This document shows, one piece after another, positions 39,266 to 54,027 of a DNA stretch of 64,000 bases; the first letter of the stretch is position 1, and every line of letters begins with the position of its first letter. The stretch spans positions 171,432,001 through 171,496,000 of the forward strand of contig NC_058368.1 of the NCBI RefSeq assembly GCF_018350175.1, given 5' to 3'. The translations under genes were made by a program, and so were the position numbers. The notes below the pieces were generated by a model. That model ran no database searches. It was not told where the DNA came from and saw nothing but the letters and a program-made list of their open reading frames with translations. The DNA is from Felis catus. Lineage: Eukaryota.

Positions 39266-39507
39266 CATGAGCAGGGGAGGGGCAGAGAGAGAGAGAGAGA
39301 CACAGAATTTGAAGCAGGCTCTAGGCTCCAAGCTGTCAGCACAGAGCCTGACATGGGGCTCGAACCCACGAATGGTGAGATCATGACCCAAGACAAAGTC
39401 AGATGCTTAACCGACTGAGCCACCCAGGCGCCTCAAATTTTTTCTTTTTTTTAACATTTATTTATTTTTGAGAGGGAGGGAAAGAGGGAAAGAGGGAGGG
39501 AGGGAGG

Positions 39508-39543
<36 letters not shown>

Positions 39544-42500
39544 AAGAGGGGGAGGGGCAGAGAGAGAGAGGGAGACAGAGAATTGAAGCAGGTTCTGTAC
39601 TATCAGCACAAAGCCCAATGTGGGCTCAAACCCATGAACTGTGAGATCATGACCTGAGCCAAAGTTGGAAGCTCAAAAGGCTGAGCCACCCAGGTGCCCC
39701 TTATTATTTACTTTTAATGGTTGTTAAAAGCCATAAGTACTGCTTTGGGTAAAGCTGATTTATAAATATTGTTTATTAACTTGTAGTTCTCCTCACACAA
39801 AATCAGAGATGTTTAAATTGTTATCCATGGGAACAGCAAAGCAGATTATGCTCCAGTGGGTACACATTGTAGATAAACTAAACTAAAAAATAACACCCAG
39901 TATTTCAATAGAGGGGCTTCAAATCTAATAGGTAAGACTTCTTTATGTTAAAAAAATAATCCAGCAAGAGGTGCCCAGGTGGCTCCATTGGTTAAGCGTC
40001 TGACTTCAGTTCAGGTCATGATCTCACACTCCATGAGTTCGAGCCCCGCGTCGGGCTCTGTGCTGACAGCTCAGAACCTGGAACCTGCTTCAGATTCTGT
40101 GTCTCCCTCTCCCTACTCTCTCTCCTGCTTGCACTCTATCTCTCTTTCTCTCAAAAATAAATAGACATTTGGGGCGCCTGGGTGGCGCAGTCGGTTAAGC
40201 GTCCGACTTCAGCCAGGTCACGATCTCGCGGTCCGTGAGTTCCAGCCCCGCGTCGGGCTCTGGGCTGATGGCTCAGAGCCTGGAGACTGTTTCCGAGTCT
40301 GTGTCTCCCTCTCTCTCTGCCCCTCCCCCGTTCATGCTCTGTCTCTCTCTGTCCCAAAAATAAATAAACATCGAAAAAAAAAAAAAAAATAAATAAATAA
40401 ATAAATAGACATTTAAAAAAATTAAAAATAGAAAAATAAATAATCCAGCAAGAAGGAGTGACAAAGGGAACAACATCCCCAAAACCACAAAGAATATACA
40501 CATCTCCAAAAAGTAACCCTGACTCTGCCTAAAGTTCCACTAGACACAGCAGAGGCTTCAAAACATTCAAAAAACATATCTGTACAATCTTTGACTGGCT
40601 GTCCCAGGGTACAGTTCCCCCAGGGAGACAGGAAAGTGGGGTGTGTCAAGTACAGGCTCTGGTTTCAAAGGTAATGAAGTATTGGGGCTGAATTTAGAGA
40701 ATTTGCTGGCAGGAAGTAGCACATCAGCATGCTCAGGATTCAGTTTGCCCCTTTCTAGGGTTACCAGGTTCCTTTAATAAAAACACAAAGGACGCTACTG
40801 AGAGCTTGGTTGTGTCACACTACTGGCTGAGATAAGGCAGGGTAAGGTTGAAGAGATTCATCCTCTCCCCGAAAAAGGAGTCTTTGAACAAGTAGGAAGT
40901 CAGACACGAGGAAACAACCCTTCATCACAGACAGAAGACTCAACAGGACTGTCAGTAGGGCTGCAGTTTAAATATTCAGATCTCTGCATCCTGATGTGGA
41001 ATGAATGGGTTCTGGCAAAATCTAAAAGGCTAATAATTGGACAGAAGGGTTAGCGATAGCATAACATAATGAGGAAATGGCACCCAAAGGCAATGCGATG
41101 TTTCTGTCCCCCCTTCCTCCCTGCACACTGTCACCTGCTGCACCACTTTCAGGAGAAAATGGAACTAGAAGACATATTTTCCCCTCTGCCTAGTTTTTGC
41201 TAGGGTCCTGAGAACTCGACCCTAGACTCCATCTTACACAGACAATAGGCAACTTACGTAACCCTGGGGCAGTACTTCTACTGGCAAAATAAATGAGTTG
41301 GAAAGGCTTTGGGTCAGAGTGTGTTTGAAAGTGATTTCTCATTAATACCTTACAGAGTATAATGGCATGTCAACATTCAGAGCCACCACCACTCTAGAAT
41401 ACACTACTAACACACTAGAAAGAAAGCCAATCTACAAAATCACTCATGGAAGGCAAAGGGAGAAACTTGTGAGGGAGAAAACACCTATGAGGAATATTAA
41501 AGCTGCTCCAACTAGATCGGGAATGGACTATTTAAGGACTTGTTGGCAACTTTTACAGGGTATTTCATTTGTAACAGCAAATGTCACCATGAGCACTTTG
41601 GGCCCTAAAAGACATTTTTTTAAATGTTTATTTATTTTTGAGAGGGGAGGGAGGGGCAGAGAGAGACAGAGAGAGGGAGACAGAGGATCTGAAGCAGGCT
41701 CTGTGCTGTTAGCACAGAGCTAGAACTCATAAACGGCGAGATCATGACCTGAGCCCAAGTTGGACACTTAACCGATTGAGCCACCCAGGTGCCCCCAAAA
41801 GACAATTTTTTTTTACAGGTCACCTTCTGAGAAGTTGAGACCAGAGCATCTATGAGCATAACTTAGAATACAACAAGCAAAACAAATAAATTTGTTAAGA
41901 TACTGGCTTGATCAGTAAGTACAAATAGGAGGAAAATCTGTTTTTTTGTTTTTTGCTATGTTTTGTGTTGTTGATGCAGATACTGAATTTCAGAGTAGGA
42001 AGAAGTCACCTGAGGGAAAGCTACCCTCCACACTTGGGCTTTTGCAGATGAAGAAACCATAATCATTTCCTTGAGAAGGGTGTCATAACACACTGAGATC
42101 TTACCTCTATCTAGGGTGACTCCAGCCCCTAAGAAGGTTCCACAGAGAAAACTTTCCTAAGAAAACGATCCGCTCTTACAATGCTGTCTGGGCTATTATG
42201 ACACAGGCTTTAGAGTTAGGCAGGACAATTCAGTGTGTGCCAAGCATGAGGGCTTCAAGTACTAAAGAAAGACCTTAGGGATTATCTCCTCTGACTTCCT
42301 CACTTTACACAAGGGAAAAAGACGACCCAGAAAAGTAAAACAACCAGGCCAGAGCTCCCCATGAGGTGGGAATGAGTTTCCTAGTGGTGGCACTACTAAC
42401 ATTTTTTGGACCAGATACGTCTTGGGTGGGAGAGAGCTGTCCTGTGCATTGCAGGATATTTAGTAGCTCCCCTGGCCAATAGCAATCCCCCCACCCAATT

Positions 42501-45500
42501 GTGACAATCAAAAGTGTCTCAAAACATTGCTGAATGTCCTCAGAGAGTGGAAGGGCAGGACAAAATTGCCCCCGGTCGGGAACCACTGGGTTAGAAGCTG
42601 AGACAACCAGAAACCAAATCCCTCTCATTCCTCATATGGTGCTCTTTCACCATGTGAACACTTTTTGTTCAGTAAATACTTTGGGAATAGGGAGAACTGA
42701 TTAAGGCATTAAGCTATCACTAATACTGAGTACATGTTAAATGATATTATTAACAAGCTCTTAAGAATGAGCCTTTAAATAGCAGTCTTAAAGATATGAA
42801 CTAAATACATTTATCCATCTAATTGTATGTTCCTGACATGAATATAAATGCATATTTTCATGTACATCTATGAAACAATGAGTCTCTCTGTTTTGGCTGG
42901 GCAAAATATGGTAATGTCAGTTAAAAGATACTTCAGGGAGGGGCGCCTGGGTGGCTCAGTCGGTTAAGCGGCCGACTTCGGCTCAGGTCATGATCTCCCG
43001 GTCCGTGAGTTGGAGCCCCGCGTCGGGCTCTGTGCTGACAGCTCAGAGCCTGGAGCCTGTTTCAGATTCTGTGTCTCCCTCTCTCTGACCCTCCCCTGTT
43101 CATGCTCTGTCTCTCTCTGTCTCAAAAATAAATAAAACGTTAAAAAAAATTAAAAAAAAAAAGATACTTCAGGGAGAAATTCCTCTAAAAATGGCAAAAT
43201 TTCTTACCATCCTTAAACAAACTCACTACACATTGCACCTAAATATAGATCATCTTTTTTTTTAATTAACAAGAAGAGACCCTGATTGCCAAGTTATTTA
43301 ATCATCTTATTATAAAGATCAGACGCTCAGTTCAAAGAGCTGCAGTTTCCTAAAATAGTGCTTCAAAACAGTGCCAGATTCCTTATTAAACACAGAGGAG
43401 AAAATCAGGCTTAAAAATAGAGGATGCACAGCTTCTACCACCAGCAGCCACCTCTGATTTTGGAGTTCCAGATAACTACGGTTTCAGATATTACCTGTTT
43501 CTCTTTTTCCGGTGTTCTCTATTAGAATTTTCTGATTCACTACCACTGCTCGTGTTACAGCGTGAGCGTGACCTGAGGACAAAATGAGAAGAACAAAAGA
43601 AAAAAACCCACATTTATGACAAATAAAAAAATTTCAGGAAGGTTCATATTGGTTCTTTGGAATGACTTTTGCAGTGAAATGACTAAGCCAAACATAAGTA
43701 GCTGTATCATCCCTCCCTCAGTCAGTGTTACTCAATTCAGAAAGACAGCCGAATGAGTCTACAGACATGTGAAAGCAGATGAAGGCAAATGTCACCATGC
43801 TCCCCAAAAAGACCACAAAATCAAGCACTTCCAACAGAACTCTGACACGGCAAAGCTCTAAGTCCCTGTGGTAGACTAACTATGGACACAAAGTCCTGTC
43901 ACATCCCCCACCCATCGACAGAGGTAGAGTCTGTTTCCCCTTCCTTTGAATTAGCCCTGGCCCTGTGACTGACTTCATCAACAGAATGACATGGAAGGGA
44001 TACTCTGCCAGCTCCAGGACTATCTCTTAACAGGGCTGGTAGCTCCTGCTTCCTCCCGGCCGCCATCTCAAGAAGCCTAGACCAGCCAGGGAGAGAGACC
44101 ATAGAGAGAAAGAAGCCCCAGGCCTCCTACCATTCCGCCAAGACAAAAGCCATGAGAGAGAAAGGTCTCTTGAATATTCCAGTCCTAGCTGCCATCTGAC
44201 TGCAGCTTCATGTGAGGCTAGTGAAATCAACCTGTTCATCAACAGAATCATATAACATACATATGGTTGTTGCTTTAAGCCACTAAGTTTTGGGGTGGTT
44301 TTAATATAGCAATAGATAACCAAGAGAGTTCCTCTGAGATACAATGAAGCAGAAAAAAAGAGAAATTGCTAAGGATGCTACAGAAGGTAAGACTGAGAAA
44401 CAACTGAAGCCAAAAGTGACATTTGAAAGTCAATTTTTTGATCATAGCCTTAAAGTAGCCACTAATAAAATCATAACGACAACAACAAAAAAATCCCTGT
44501 TCTTGCTTCAACTCTGAGTAGTGCTAATCCTTCCTCCCTCTCCCTGACCCTCCTTCCATTTTTACTTTTTTACCTCCTCCTTTGCTTTAGATCTGAGTCT
44601 TCACCACTGTTATGGGCTTTCCTATAGAAAACAAATAAATGAAGATATTAAAGAAAATAGAAAGTGATCAGTTGGCTAAGGAAAACACAGCAAAATGAGT
44701 TTCACTTCAGTTAATGCATCTCAGTTTTGTATTCTTTCATTCACCAAATATTTAAATCACACAATACACCCAGTCCCAGAAGTAGAACAGAACACTGGCC
44801 TCAAAAAGCCAGCAACCTAACAGAGGTTGCAGACAGTCTACAAACAACAATGCACAACATGTCTGTTAAATTCTATTCATCTGAAGCTAGGGTTGTCTGC
44901 AGTTCCTAGGTCTGTAATCTGCCCAGTCAAGTTCTGCCATAATCTAAATGACGTCAGCTCTCACTTACATGTCCTTTCCAACACCCTGGCCCGTGACCAA
45001 GTCCCTTGACCATTTTTCGGATGATCTCTTTACGATAACTCAGCAATCCACATCATGGCCACACTTTGGACATTATCATCTATAACCACCTCCAAACTTT
45101 GGTCTGTGACCACAATCTCTTCCCCTTCCTGTTTATACCTCTGAACAGCTTTGATGGGGCCTCCTGGTTAAACATGCAAGCTCTGGAGCCAGACAACCTG
45201 AACGTGACTCCCATCTCCTCCACTGAGGAGTTGTGTAATTTTTACTTCTCTACTAAGTGCTTTAGTTTTAATGGAACCTCCCACAAGAGTTGTTATGAGG
45301 ATAAAATGAATTAATACATTTAAAATGCACAGAGTAGGACCTGACTCACTGAAGCACCCAGTAAATGTTAGCTGTTACTATTATTGCTTTTTTCCACTAC
45401 TTCCATTCTACCTTTCTTTGATCTCAATAGGACCGTTTGTTTATTGACCTTGCTACTTTCCGTCAGCTTTTCTTGGCCTTCTTCCTGACTCAACTGAGAT

Positions 45501-48500
45501 TTCCCTCATTTCGATAACATGTATGCCAAGACTCAGAACTTCCTCCAACTCTCTGTTTTTGGTTCAGCCGTTTGGGCAAGATCCCATTCATGGGTAAATC
45601 AAACTATCCAGGTCCTCTAAGCCAGCCTTCAACAGCTAGCTGAGCAGTGCTGCAGGGAGTTACACAAAAGGGCATATTAGTTACACTACAAATCCATGTT
45701 CATAAACTTCAGGTGAATCCACAACATCCTAACGCCTTTCTATGATCTAAATACTCTCTCTCTGCAAAGCAGTTTCAAACCCTTTTTACCTTGTAACCCT
45801 CTGATACACTGGTCCCTCTGCATCGGCAGTTGACTTTGTTCTCTCCTTCCAAAGGCAAAAGTAGCCATCAGATGGCAACTCTTTCATCTTCCTGTTACCA
45901 AAAATAAAAAATGCCTACATCTTCCTGTTATTTACAGATCTGTCCTCACAACTAAGGTCAGTCTCTCCACCTGTGTTGTGTGGGTCCTATCACCTCTTAA
46001 CTTCTCAATGACTTTCAGAAACTGTCTTATCCCTGACTTGTCCTTATGGAAAATTCTTTTACCAGGTTTCACGTTATCAAGTTTCTACTATTTAAACACG
46101 CACACATCTACTTGACTCCACATCCCCCTTCATCTTTTTCCCAGTCTCTCCTCTCTCCTCCAAAGCACCAAACTTCTTAAGAGAGGTGCCTAAGCTCCTT
46201 ATCTCTGTTCCTTAACCCTTTATTACATGTGCCTTCACACTCTGATGGGCAGACATGGCTCATGCCACATTCCCCCATTTCTTAAAAATACATATATCAA
46301 ACAACATAATGTTGAGAGGTCTCTGTCCTTATATCAAAATTTTCAATAATTTTTATTTAGTATAAACACAACTATATATATGTTCACAGATTATCTATAC
46401 AGTGTTTAAGGAATACAATTCCATTCTTGTATTGGTTTTACAATTATTTTAAGAGACAATAATTGCCTGGTTTTCTATGTACATATCATTTCCTTAGTTT
46501 TCCTTATTCTTATCACTAATTCTTCACCTAAACTCTGAGAGCTACAAAACTCTTCCTGAGATGTATGAACACTTAGGACATCTTCCCTGGACCCCTGTGC
46601 CCTCCTGCTCACATCCGGATGGTCTATTCCCTAGTACTGCTGCAGAAACATCACTCTGATTACTCTCTTCACTAAAATCCAGGGAATTCTTTCTGCTTCT
46701 TTGTAATGGACCCCCTATTTCTAGTTGTCATGACTCCTTGTCTTGTTTTTGGAGAACATATCTTTCAGTTGTTAACAAAGAAAGTCTGCATGTCAGGTAC
46801 ATATTTTTTTTTTTTTTAGAACTGGAATTTCTCAAAATATCGTTATTTGACTATGTAATTATAGTTTATCTGGGCTTAAAATCCTAAATTTAAAAGAACG
46901 TCCCCTCAGCATTTTGAAGGCAATGCTTATCTTCTTTCTCTGATATTGCTGTTAATGAGCCCAATGTCACCATTCTGATTTGTCAACATTTGTGCATGAA
47001 CTTTTTTTCTCATAATCCTGCCTCCTTCCAACTTTTACAAAACCTCTCTTAACCTATAATGCTTTAAAATTTAATGATAATGGATCTTGGAATAGATCTA
47101 ATTTTCTAATCTATTATGCCAAATGTCCAGTAGCTTCTCTCTATAAAGTTTGATTATTCAGTCTGGGATATGTTATACTTTGTTATACTTATACTACTTC
47201 TTTAATAGTTTCCTCTCCTGCATTTTCTTTCTTTTCCTCCCTAGAAATTTCATTAGTCAAATGTTTGATATCTAGGTTTGATCATTTTTATCCTTATTTC
47301 CACATATCTGTTTTGTTTTTGTTCTGCTTTGGGGATGATTTCCTTAACTTTACCTTCCAAACCTTCTACTGATTATTTTAAATTCTGCCACAGGAATATG
47401 AAGTCTAAGAATTCCCACTTGTTCTTCTCATATCAAAATTTTCTTTTTTCTAAAGATAATTATACTTCTAAGACATTTTCTTTCTTAAATCGTCTCTATT
47501 TCCTGTGAGTATATACACATGCCCCTTACTCTGACTCTGTCTTTCCAAACAGAAGCAATCCTCAAATGCCAAGTGATGGTGGCTCTCTCCTCATATTTAA
47601 GAATTAGGCACTAAAAACTCTGGAACCCTCTGGATGGTGCAGAGCATGTTAACTGATGGCTTCACTGTGGTGTGGAGCAAAGTAATGTGGGTAATCTCAA
47701 CCATTTCACTGGAGGATCCCTTGAAAGTTGGTATCTGTAGGTCTTTTGGATCTTGGATCTGTCTTTCATACAGCAAGAGTCTCTGATCTCATGCTTGGGA
47801 GGTACAAACCTGGCGTCTAGCATTCTGGGAATAAAGAGGGAAGGTACCTCTTTAGAAAGCAGATTTTCACTCTTTTGACTTTTCCTATGGCCACAATTTC
47901 TCTTTTCTCTTAAAGCAATTTCCTTTGAAGGTAACTGTCTTCAACTAAGCCAAATAAATGCTGGAGTTTCCCTCAGCTCTGTCACTGGCTTGGTGTTTGC
48001 ATTCTATCTATAGTATCTATCTAGACAACCTCGTCTCTGTTTCATATTTCAATTTACATCTTTAAGAAATTTACCTTTTAGCCGGCAGCCACTCTATCTC
48101 CAGACTTCTACCCAACAATCCATGTGAATCCTGCACTTAAACTTCTCAAAAATACCAGAAATTCTACGTATCAAAAACCAAACTCACAGTTGTCCTTTTC
48201 AAGCCTGTAATGTCCCAGTGACTGTTATTTCAGTGCATCACACCTTAAGTCTGGATTTCATTCCTCACATCTATCACTCCTTCACCCCTCATATCGATCC
48301 TCCCAACCCTCCCGATGGGTCTCAAAACCACCCACTTCCTTAAATCTTCACATCACCATCTTGGCCCAAGTTCCCATTAGCCTTCACCAGGGCTTGCACA
48401 GTAGCCTGCTGCCAGGCTCTCTCTTTCCACTACTGCCCTCGTCCACCTTTGCTCCATAGGACAAGAAAGCTCATCTTTACGTGATACCAAGTGATCTTGT

Positions 48501-51500
48501 TATAACCCCCTTCTAAAACCTACTGGTCTAACAACCCACATCCTCAACAAGGCTCAGGTGTCCTAGGAGGTGTTTTCTCTCTGGACTCATTTCTAACACA
48601 TTTCTGTTCACTCTTTATGCTTGAGCAACACTAGCAGCCAGTAAGCCTTCTCATGAATGTTCCCCACTCCCTTCCAGAGGCTTCCAAAGCTTCCGTGCAT
48701 GCTAACTCCTCCAGCTCTCTTTGCCTACTCTTGTCTCATATTCCAGTTCAAAAATCCAGCCTCTGGGAACCTTTCCCTGGCCTCCCTGACTCATCAACTC
48801 AGCAAAACTTCCCCTAATAGTCCTGGTTATACAGGTATTTGGATGATCAAAGTTATCAAGTGGTTACTCTTGGGACACGTGTACTTTTCCGTATGCATGT
48901 TAGGTTTCAATAAAAAGTTTTCTAAAATACCCCAAAGCACCACATAACTCTCCGTCAAGAATATATAAAAGTCTGAAGTGCACATGCATTTATATGATTC
49001 ACATATTTCTTTCTCAACAAACTGTAAACTCCCAAAGCGCAGGGACTCTCTTGGGTGATATTTAACACAGTGCCTACATAAAGTAGGCACTCAATAAATA
49101 TTTCTGAGTGTAAAGATGGATAGGGGTGAAAACTGTATTGTCAGAAGGTAGGCTGGCTTTCTTTTTCTAGAACAGGAACATTTAAAGCAGGCTTCAGTAT
49201 CTCCACCATGAAAATTACATGAAAGTGTGTACGTATATCTAATTATGTACTTTTCCCCCCTAAGGAATGATCCAACGTTTCATTAGATTCTCAGAGTCCT
49301 CTCACCCAAAAAAGGTTAAGGGTCAGTGTTCTAACCTCATCCAGAATTTGACAGACGTACTCATCTAATGACAAACAACTGGCAAAATATAAAATTTTGA
49401 TATCTTCTATAAAACATGTTATTCTGGCATCCATTACAAAATAGAATAACAGAATCCCGTTATTAAATTTAAGTTCTTGAGATTCTTCTACGCTTTTCAC
49501 AAATCTCAGTTTTAAATGCCAGAGTTACTCTAGCCATGTAAGGATTTGTGCCCAGGGGCAAGGTAAATATCTGTGAAGATAAAACAAGACTGACAAGGAC
49601 AGGGACACTCAGAGGGCATTTACAGTGGAAAGAAAGAAAGAATGAGCTTTAGCTCTTCTTTGCCCACATGTAGCAATGGCTAGTCTCAAAACATACATGC
49701 CCAATAAAAGACCTTTCAAGTGATACACATAACTGGACAGAAGGCGCTACGGCCGCTCGGACAACAAGATTCTCTTCCCTATGAATCAAAACAGTCTTTC
49801 CCCTGGACTGTGTCAATGAAAGGACCCCGTATCCACTCACCACAATTACTTGTCTGTACTTCACAGGAAGCCAACAGAAAATGTATCTCAATATAGAAGT
49901 CATTAAGTCTAGATTTCAGAATGTATATACTCCAGACTATTGCAAGCAATTAGCTTGAGAAAAAAATGTAAATTTTGGTATATTTTAGCAAAACTTGATA
50001 AATTCATTTCCAAGTGTATTAAAATCAAAATGGCCATCTGCTAAACATGTACAATAATTTTATACAGGGAATGTTGTCAAAGTACACTAGCAATTAAGGA
50101 CGAAAAACTATACAAACCTGTGTCTTTAACAATAATCATGCAGTGCCAAATTCTTAATATATTTAGTAGTTCTCACTACCCATACCCTCTCAAAACACAG
50201 AGGCACTCTAAAGTATCTCCCAGTGGTATTGCCTTGGTTTTAAGTGTTGTCCATGTTGAACCAATCCTTAATAGGGAAATCTTTCCTCCTGCTTTACTTA
50301 AATGATGATTAATATCCCTGCCTTTTTCAGACATATAGATCTGTATCCAAACCCAGGTGTGTCACAAAGGACAGCTACCTTACCTCTCCCTAGCCTCTGT
50401 TTTCTCATCTGGGCCAGGTATTTTCCATTGGTACTTAGCCCATCCAAACCCATCAATAATCTCCCTTGTTTTGTCAAGACTAGAAGCCTGAGGGGCACCT
50501 GGGTGGCTCAGTTGGTTAAGCATCTAGCCTCTGCTCATGGCATGATCTCATGGTTCATGAGTTCGAGACCCACATCAGGCTCTGTGCTGACAGCTCAGAG
50601 CCTGGAGCCTGCTCCGGATTCTGTGTCTCCCTCTCTCTCCAACCCTCCCCTGCTCTCACTCTGTCTCTCTCTCTCAAAAATAAATAAACATTAGGGGCAC
50701 CTGGGTGGCTCAGTCGGTTAAGCGTCTGACTTCAGCTCAGGTCATGATCTCACAGTCTGTGAGTTCGAGCCCCACGTCCGGCTCTGTGCCGACAGCTCAG
50801 AGCCTGGAGCCTGCTTCAGATTCTGTGTCTCCCTTTCTCTCTGCCCCTCCCCTGCTCATGCTCTGTCTCCTTCTATCTCAAAAATAAATAAAACATTTAA
50901 ATAAACAAACAAACAAACATTAAAAAAAAAAAGACTAGAAGCCTGAAAACTATTTTCCCAGACTCCTTTGCCAGCTGGGTTCCACTTAGAGAGACACCCA
51001 AGTGAGATCTGGAGGCAGGTATGCTTCTGACATCCCTGTGCATTCATGCTTGCACTCCTGAGCAGTGGGAGCCCCATAGCATTAGCTACAGCAGTGGCAC
51101 CTCTAGCAGGGGCAGCAACAGCAGTTGCTACAGTAGTGGTGCCCACAACAGCATGAGCAACGAGCACAGATTCATGAAGGCCAGCTCAAAGGTGGACACA
51201 GTTTTTGATCTCCAAGTAATACCCCACTCTCCTTTAATCCTGTCAGCCCAGGGGCAGTATAGCATCCGTAGCTCAGGGGTGCACCCTCCCTGCCTTTTGT
51301 TCCTTCAATGCTTCTCACACTTGTGTGCAATTCCCCACATTAATCCCTCTCTGCTGGCAATGCCTAGTGGCTGACACATATGCCCATTTCTATAGGGTTA
51401 TTACAAGGATCAGATAATATGTAGCAAGCAATTTTGCTCAGTACTTGGACCATGATAAATGCCAACTATTATTCCTTTATTCTATCTAATCACTGGTGGT

Positions 51501-53976
51501 CATGATTTAGCTCTGCCTTTCCTACCTAGTAGGTGAAAGTGTTATTGACCTTTGTCTCCTTAACCACCTAAAGATTTCATTGAAGCCGGACCTGGTTTGA
51601 GAAAGCTGGGGAACAAGACTCTGGGAAACTGGCAGAAGTGGAAGGAAATCAAATGGGATGAACTAACAAGTATCAACAAGGGCACAGAATAAAGAAGGTC
51701 TTCTGCTTTCCAGATCCACGGTGATCATGATGGTTATCTGAGAACATGACCTGAACTTCCCGTAAGTATAAAAGTTACCTATAAAATACCAGTATGCAGG
51801 CACTCAAAGTGAAACACAGTCTCTGTGATGTGGGAATGAAATGAATTTCACTGGTTAGTCATTTCTAGGTCTTTTCTCAGACCTGTTACATTGCCCAGCC
51901 TGCTTTTCAGAGAGTCCAAAACTTCTAGATATGGACTTTCTTTTTTTTAATGAAGTACACACAAATATAATCACAAAAACAACCTGCCCTGCTGGGTAAA
52001 ATGTAACAGCATCCATTTTCTCTGTGTGTGGAAAGGGGCTTTGTTAAAATTTACACAACAACATCAGTCTGGAAAACAGAGCACCAAGCCTCAGCTAAGA
52101 TCTACCTATAAACGTAATTTTGTCCTCTCAGGTCAGAACATTTAGTATCTTTTATATATTAAAATAATCATTAATATATATTATATATGTTATATATTTA
52201 TACATACCATATAATATATTGTTAAAATATGTACATAATATATATTTTTTTAACTTATCAGTTTTAATAGCAATACAGAAAGCAAGTTCCTATCAGTATT
52301 TTATGAAATTATTCTCTGAAACTCTGTTTAAAAAGAAATGCTTTTATCTCAATAGAACATAAGCTTTCTGTTATCCTGAGGAGACCGTCATGATATTATG
52401 AGAATAACTTGTGGTAAAAAAAGTAACTGGGACCCAGACTTCCTGTTGAAAACTAAAAATCAAGTGGTACTGTTCAGCTCACCTCCTCCTTGTCGGCTGT
52501 ACAGAGTCATCGCTCCCACAGGAGGGGTTTCGGCGACGCGAGGAGGGGAACTTCGGGGATTTCATGCGGTCACTGGGAGAGTTGTAGAGTCCGCTGGAAT
52601 GGGAGAGGAATGGTCAACAATGCTCGAAGAGGGCTTGGAGGAGCAGACACCCCAGCCCAGATCTACGCAAGTATTCATACTCTCAGGGGAATACTGGATC
52701 AAGGGCATCCAGCTCTCTTTGCTGACCAGATTTATTCAAAGAAAAGAGAGGTAAGGGGCACCTGGGTGGCTCAGTACGTTAAGCATCTGACTTTGGCTCA
52801 GGTCATGATCTTACAGCCAAGAGTTTGAGCCCCGTGTCAGGTTATCTGCTGACAGCACAGAGCCAGCTTGAGATTCTCTCTCTCCCTCTTCTCTCTCTGC
52901 CCCTCCCCTGCTCTCGCATGTGCTCTCTCTCAAAATAAATAAAATAAAATAAAATAAAATAAAATAAAATAAAATAAAATAAAATAAAATAAAATAAAAT
53001 AAAATAAAGTAAAATACAAATAAAAGAGGGGAAATTGTCATTAGTATGTCATTTGGAGTTCAGAAATATACTCTCTTATTCTAAACCATCATAATGACCT
53101 TTCAAGCAGTTTCTTAATACACACTGCTTTCTCTTCCTATCTTTCCAGGAGAAAGTTTCATGTTAGGATATATCCTGTTGATTTTTACTTCAGAAGTTCC
53201 CAGTCATGCTGATTTAGGAATCTGACTGCCATGTCCATAGCTAGTAATACCCAGCCACAAAGCAGTTGGATTCCCTTATTTAATGAGCTGCAATTGCTAA
53301 TCCCACTTCAACTGTTCTCCTTCAGAAAAACAATGATTCTCTTTACCTCTGGGGGCCATTTTCTTCCCATGGTGGATGAGATTTGTTTCTTTGGATATCA
53401 GGGCTGTTCTCATTCTTTGCTTTCTTAAAGCTTTAATTTAAAAAAAAAAAAAAGAAAAGAAAAGAAATTAACTAGAGAATAAATGGGAGTTAACTTACTT
53501 CTTCAGTGAAATTGTTTAACAAAATGTTTTAAAATGTAGTCTTTAAAAAATATTTTAACGTTTATTTATTTTTGAGAGAAAGAGAGAGACAGAGACAGAG
53601 CACAAGTGAGGGAAGGATAGAGAGAGAGGGAGACACAGAATCCAAAGCTCAGGCTCTAAGGCTCTGAGCTGTCAGCACAGAGCCCGACACAGGGCTCAAA
53701 CCCATGAACCATGAGATCATGACTTGAGCCAAAGTTGGATGCTTAACCAACTGGTCCACCAGACAACCCTAAAATGTGTTTTATTTATACTCGTGACTCA
53801 TTCCAAAAATGGGGTGCCTGGGTGACTCAGTTAAGCATCCAACTTTGGCTCAGGTCATGATCTCGTGGTTCGTGAGTTCAAGCCCTGCATCAGGCCTTGT
53901 GTTGACAGCTTGCCTCAGATTGTGCCTCCCTCTCTGCCCTCCCCGCCTGTGCGCTCTCACATGCATTCTGTCTCAA

Positions 53977-54027
<51 letters not shown>

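Noticed and set aside
51021..51374. Ser-rich 117-aa ORF
   Set aside because: Arises from agc/agt-rich low-complexity sequence inside an LTR33-like element.
52398..52828. Plus-strand ORFs of 118 and 112 aa
   Set aside because: Antisense shadows of the real minus-strand EPB41L4A exon, running into a SINE.
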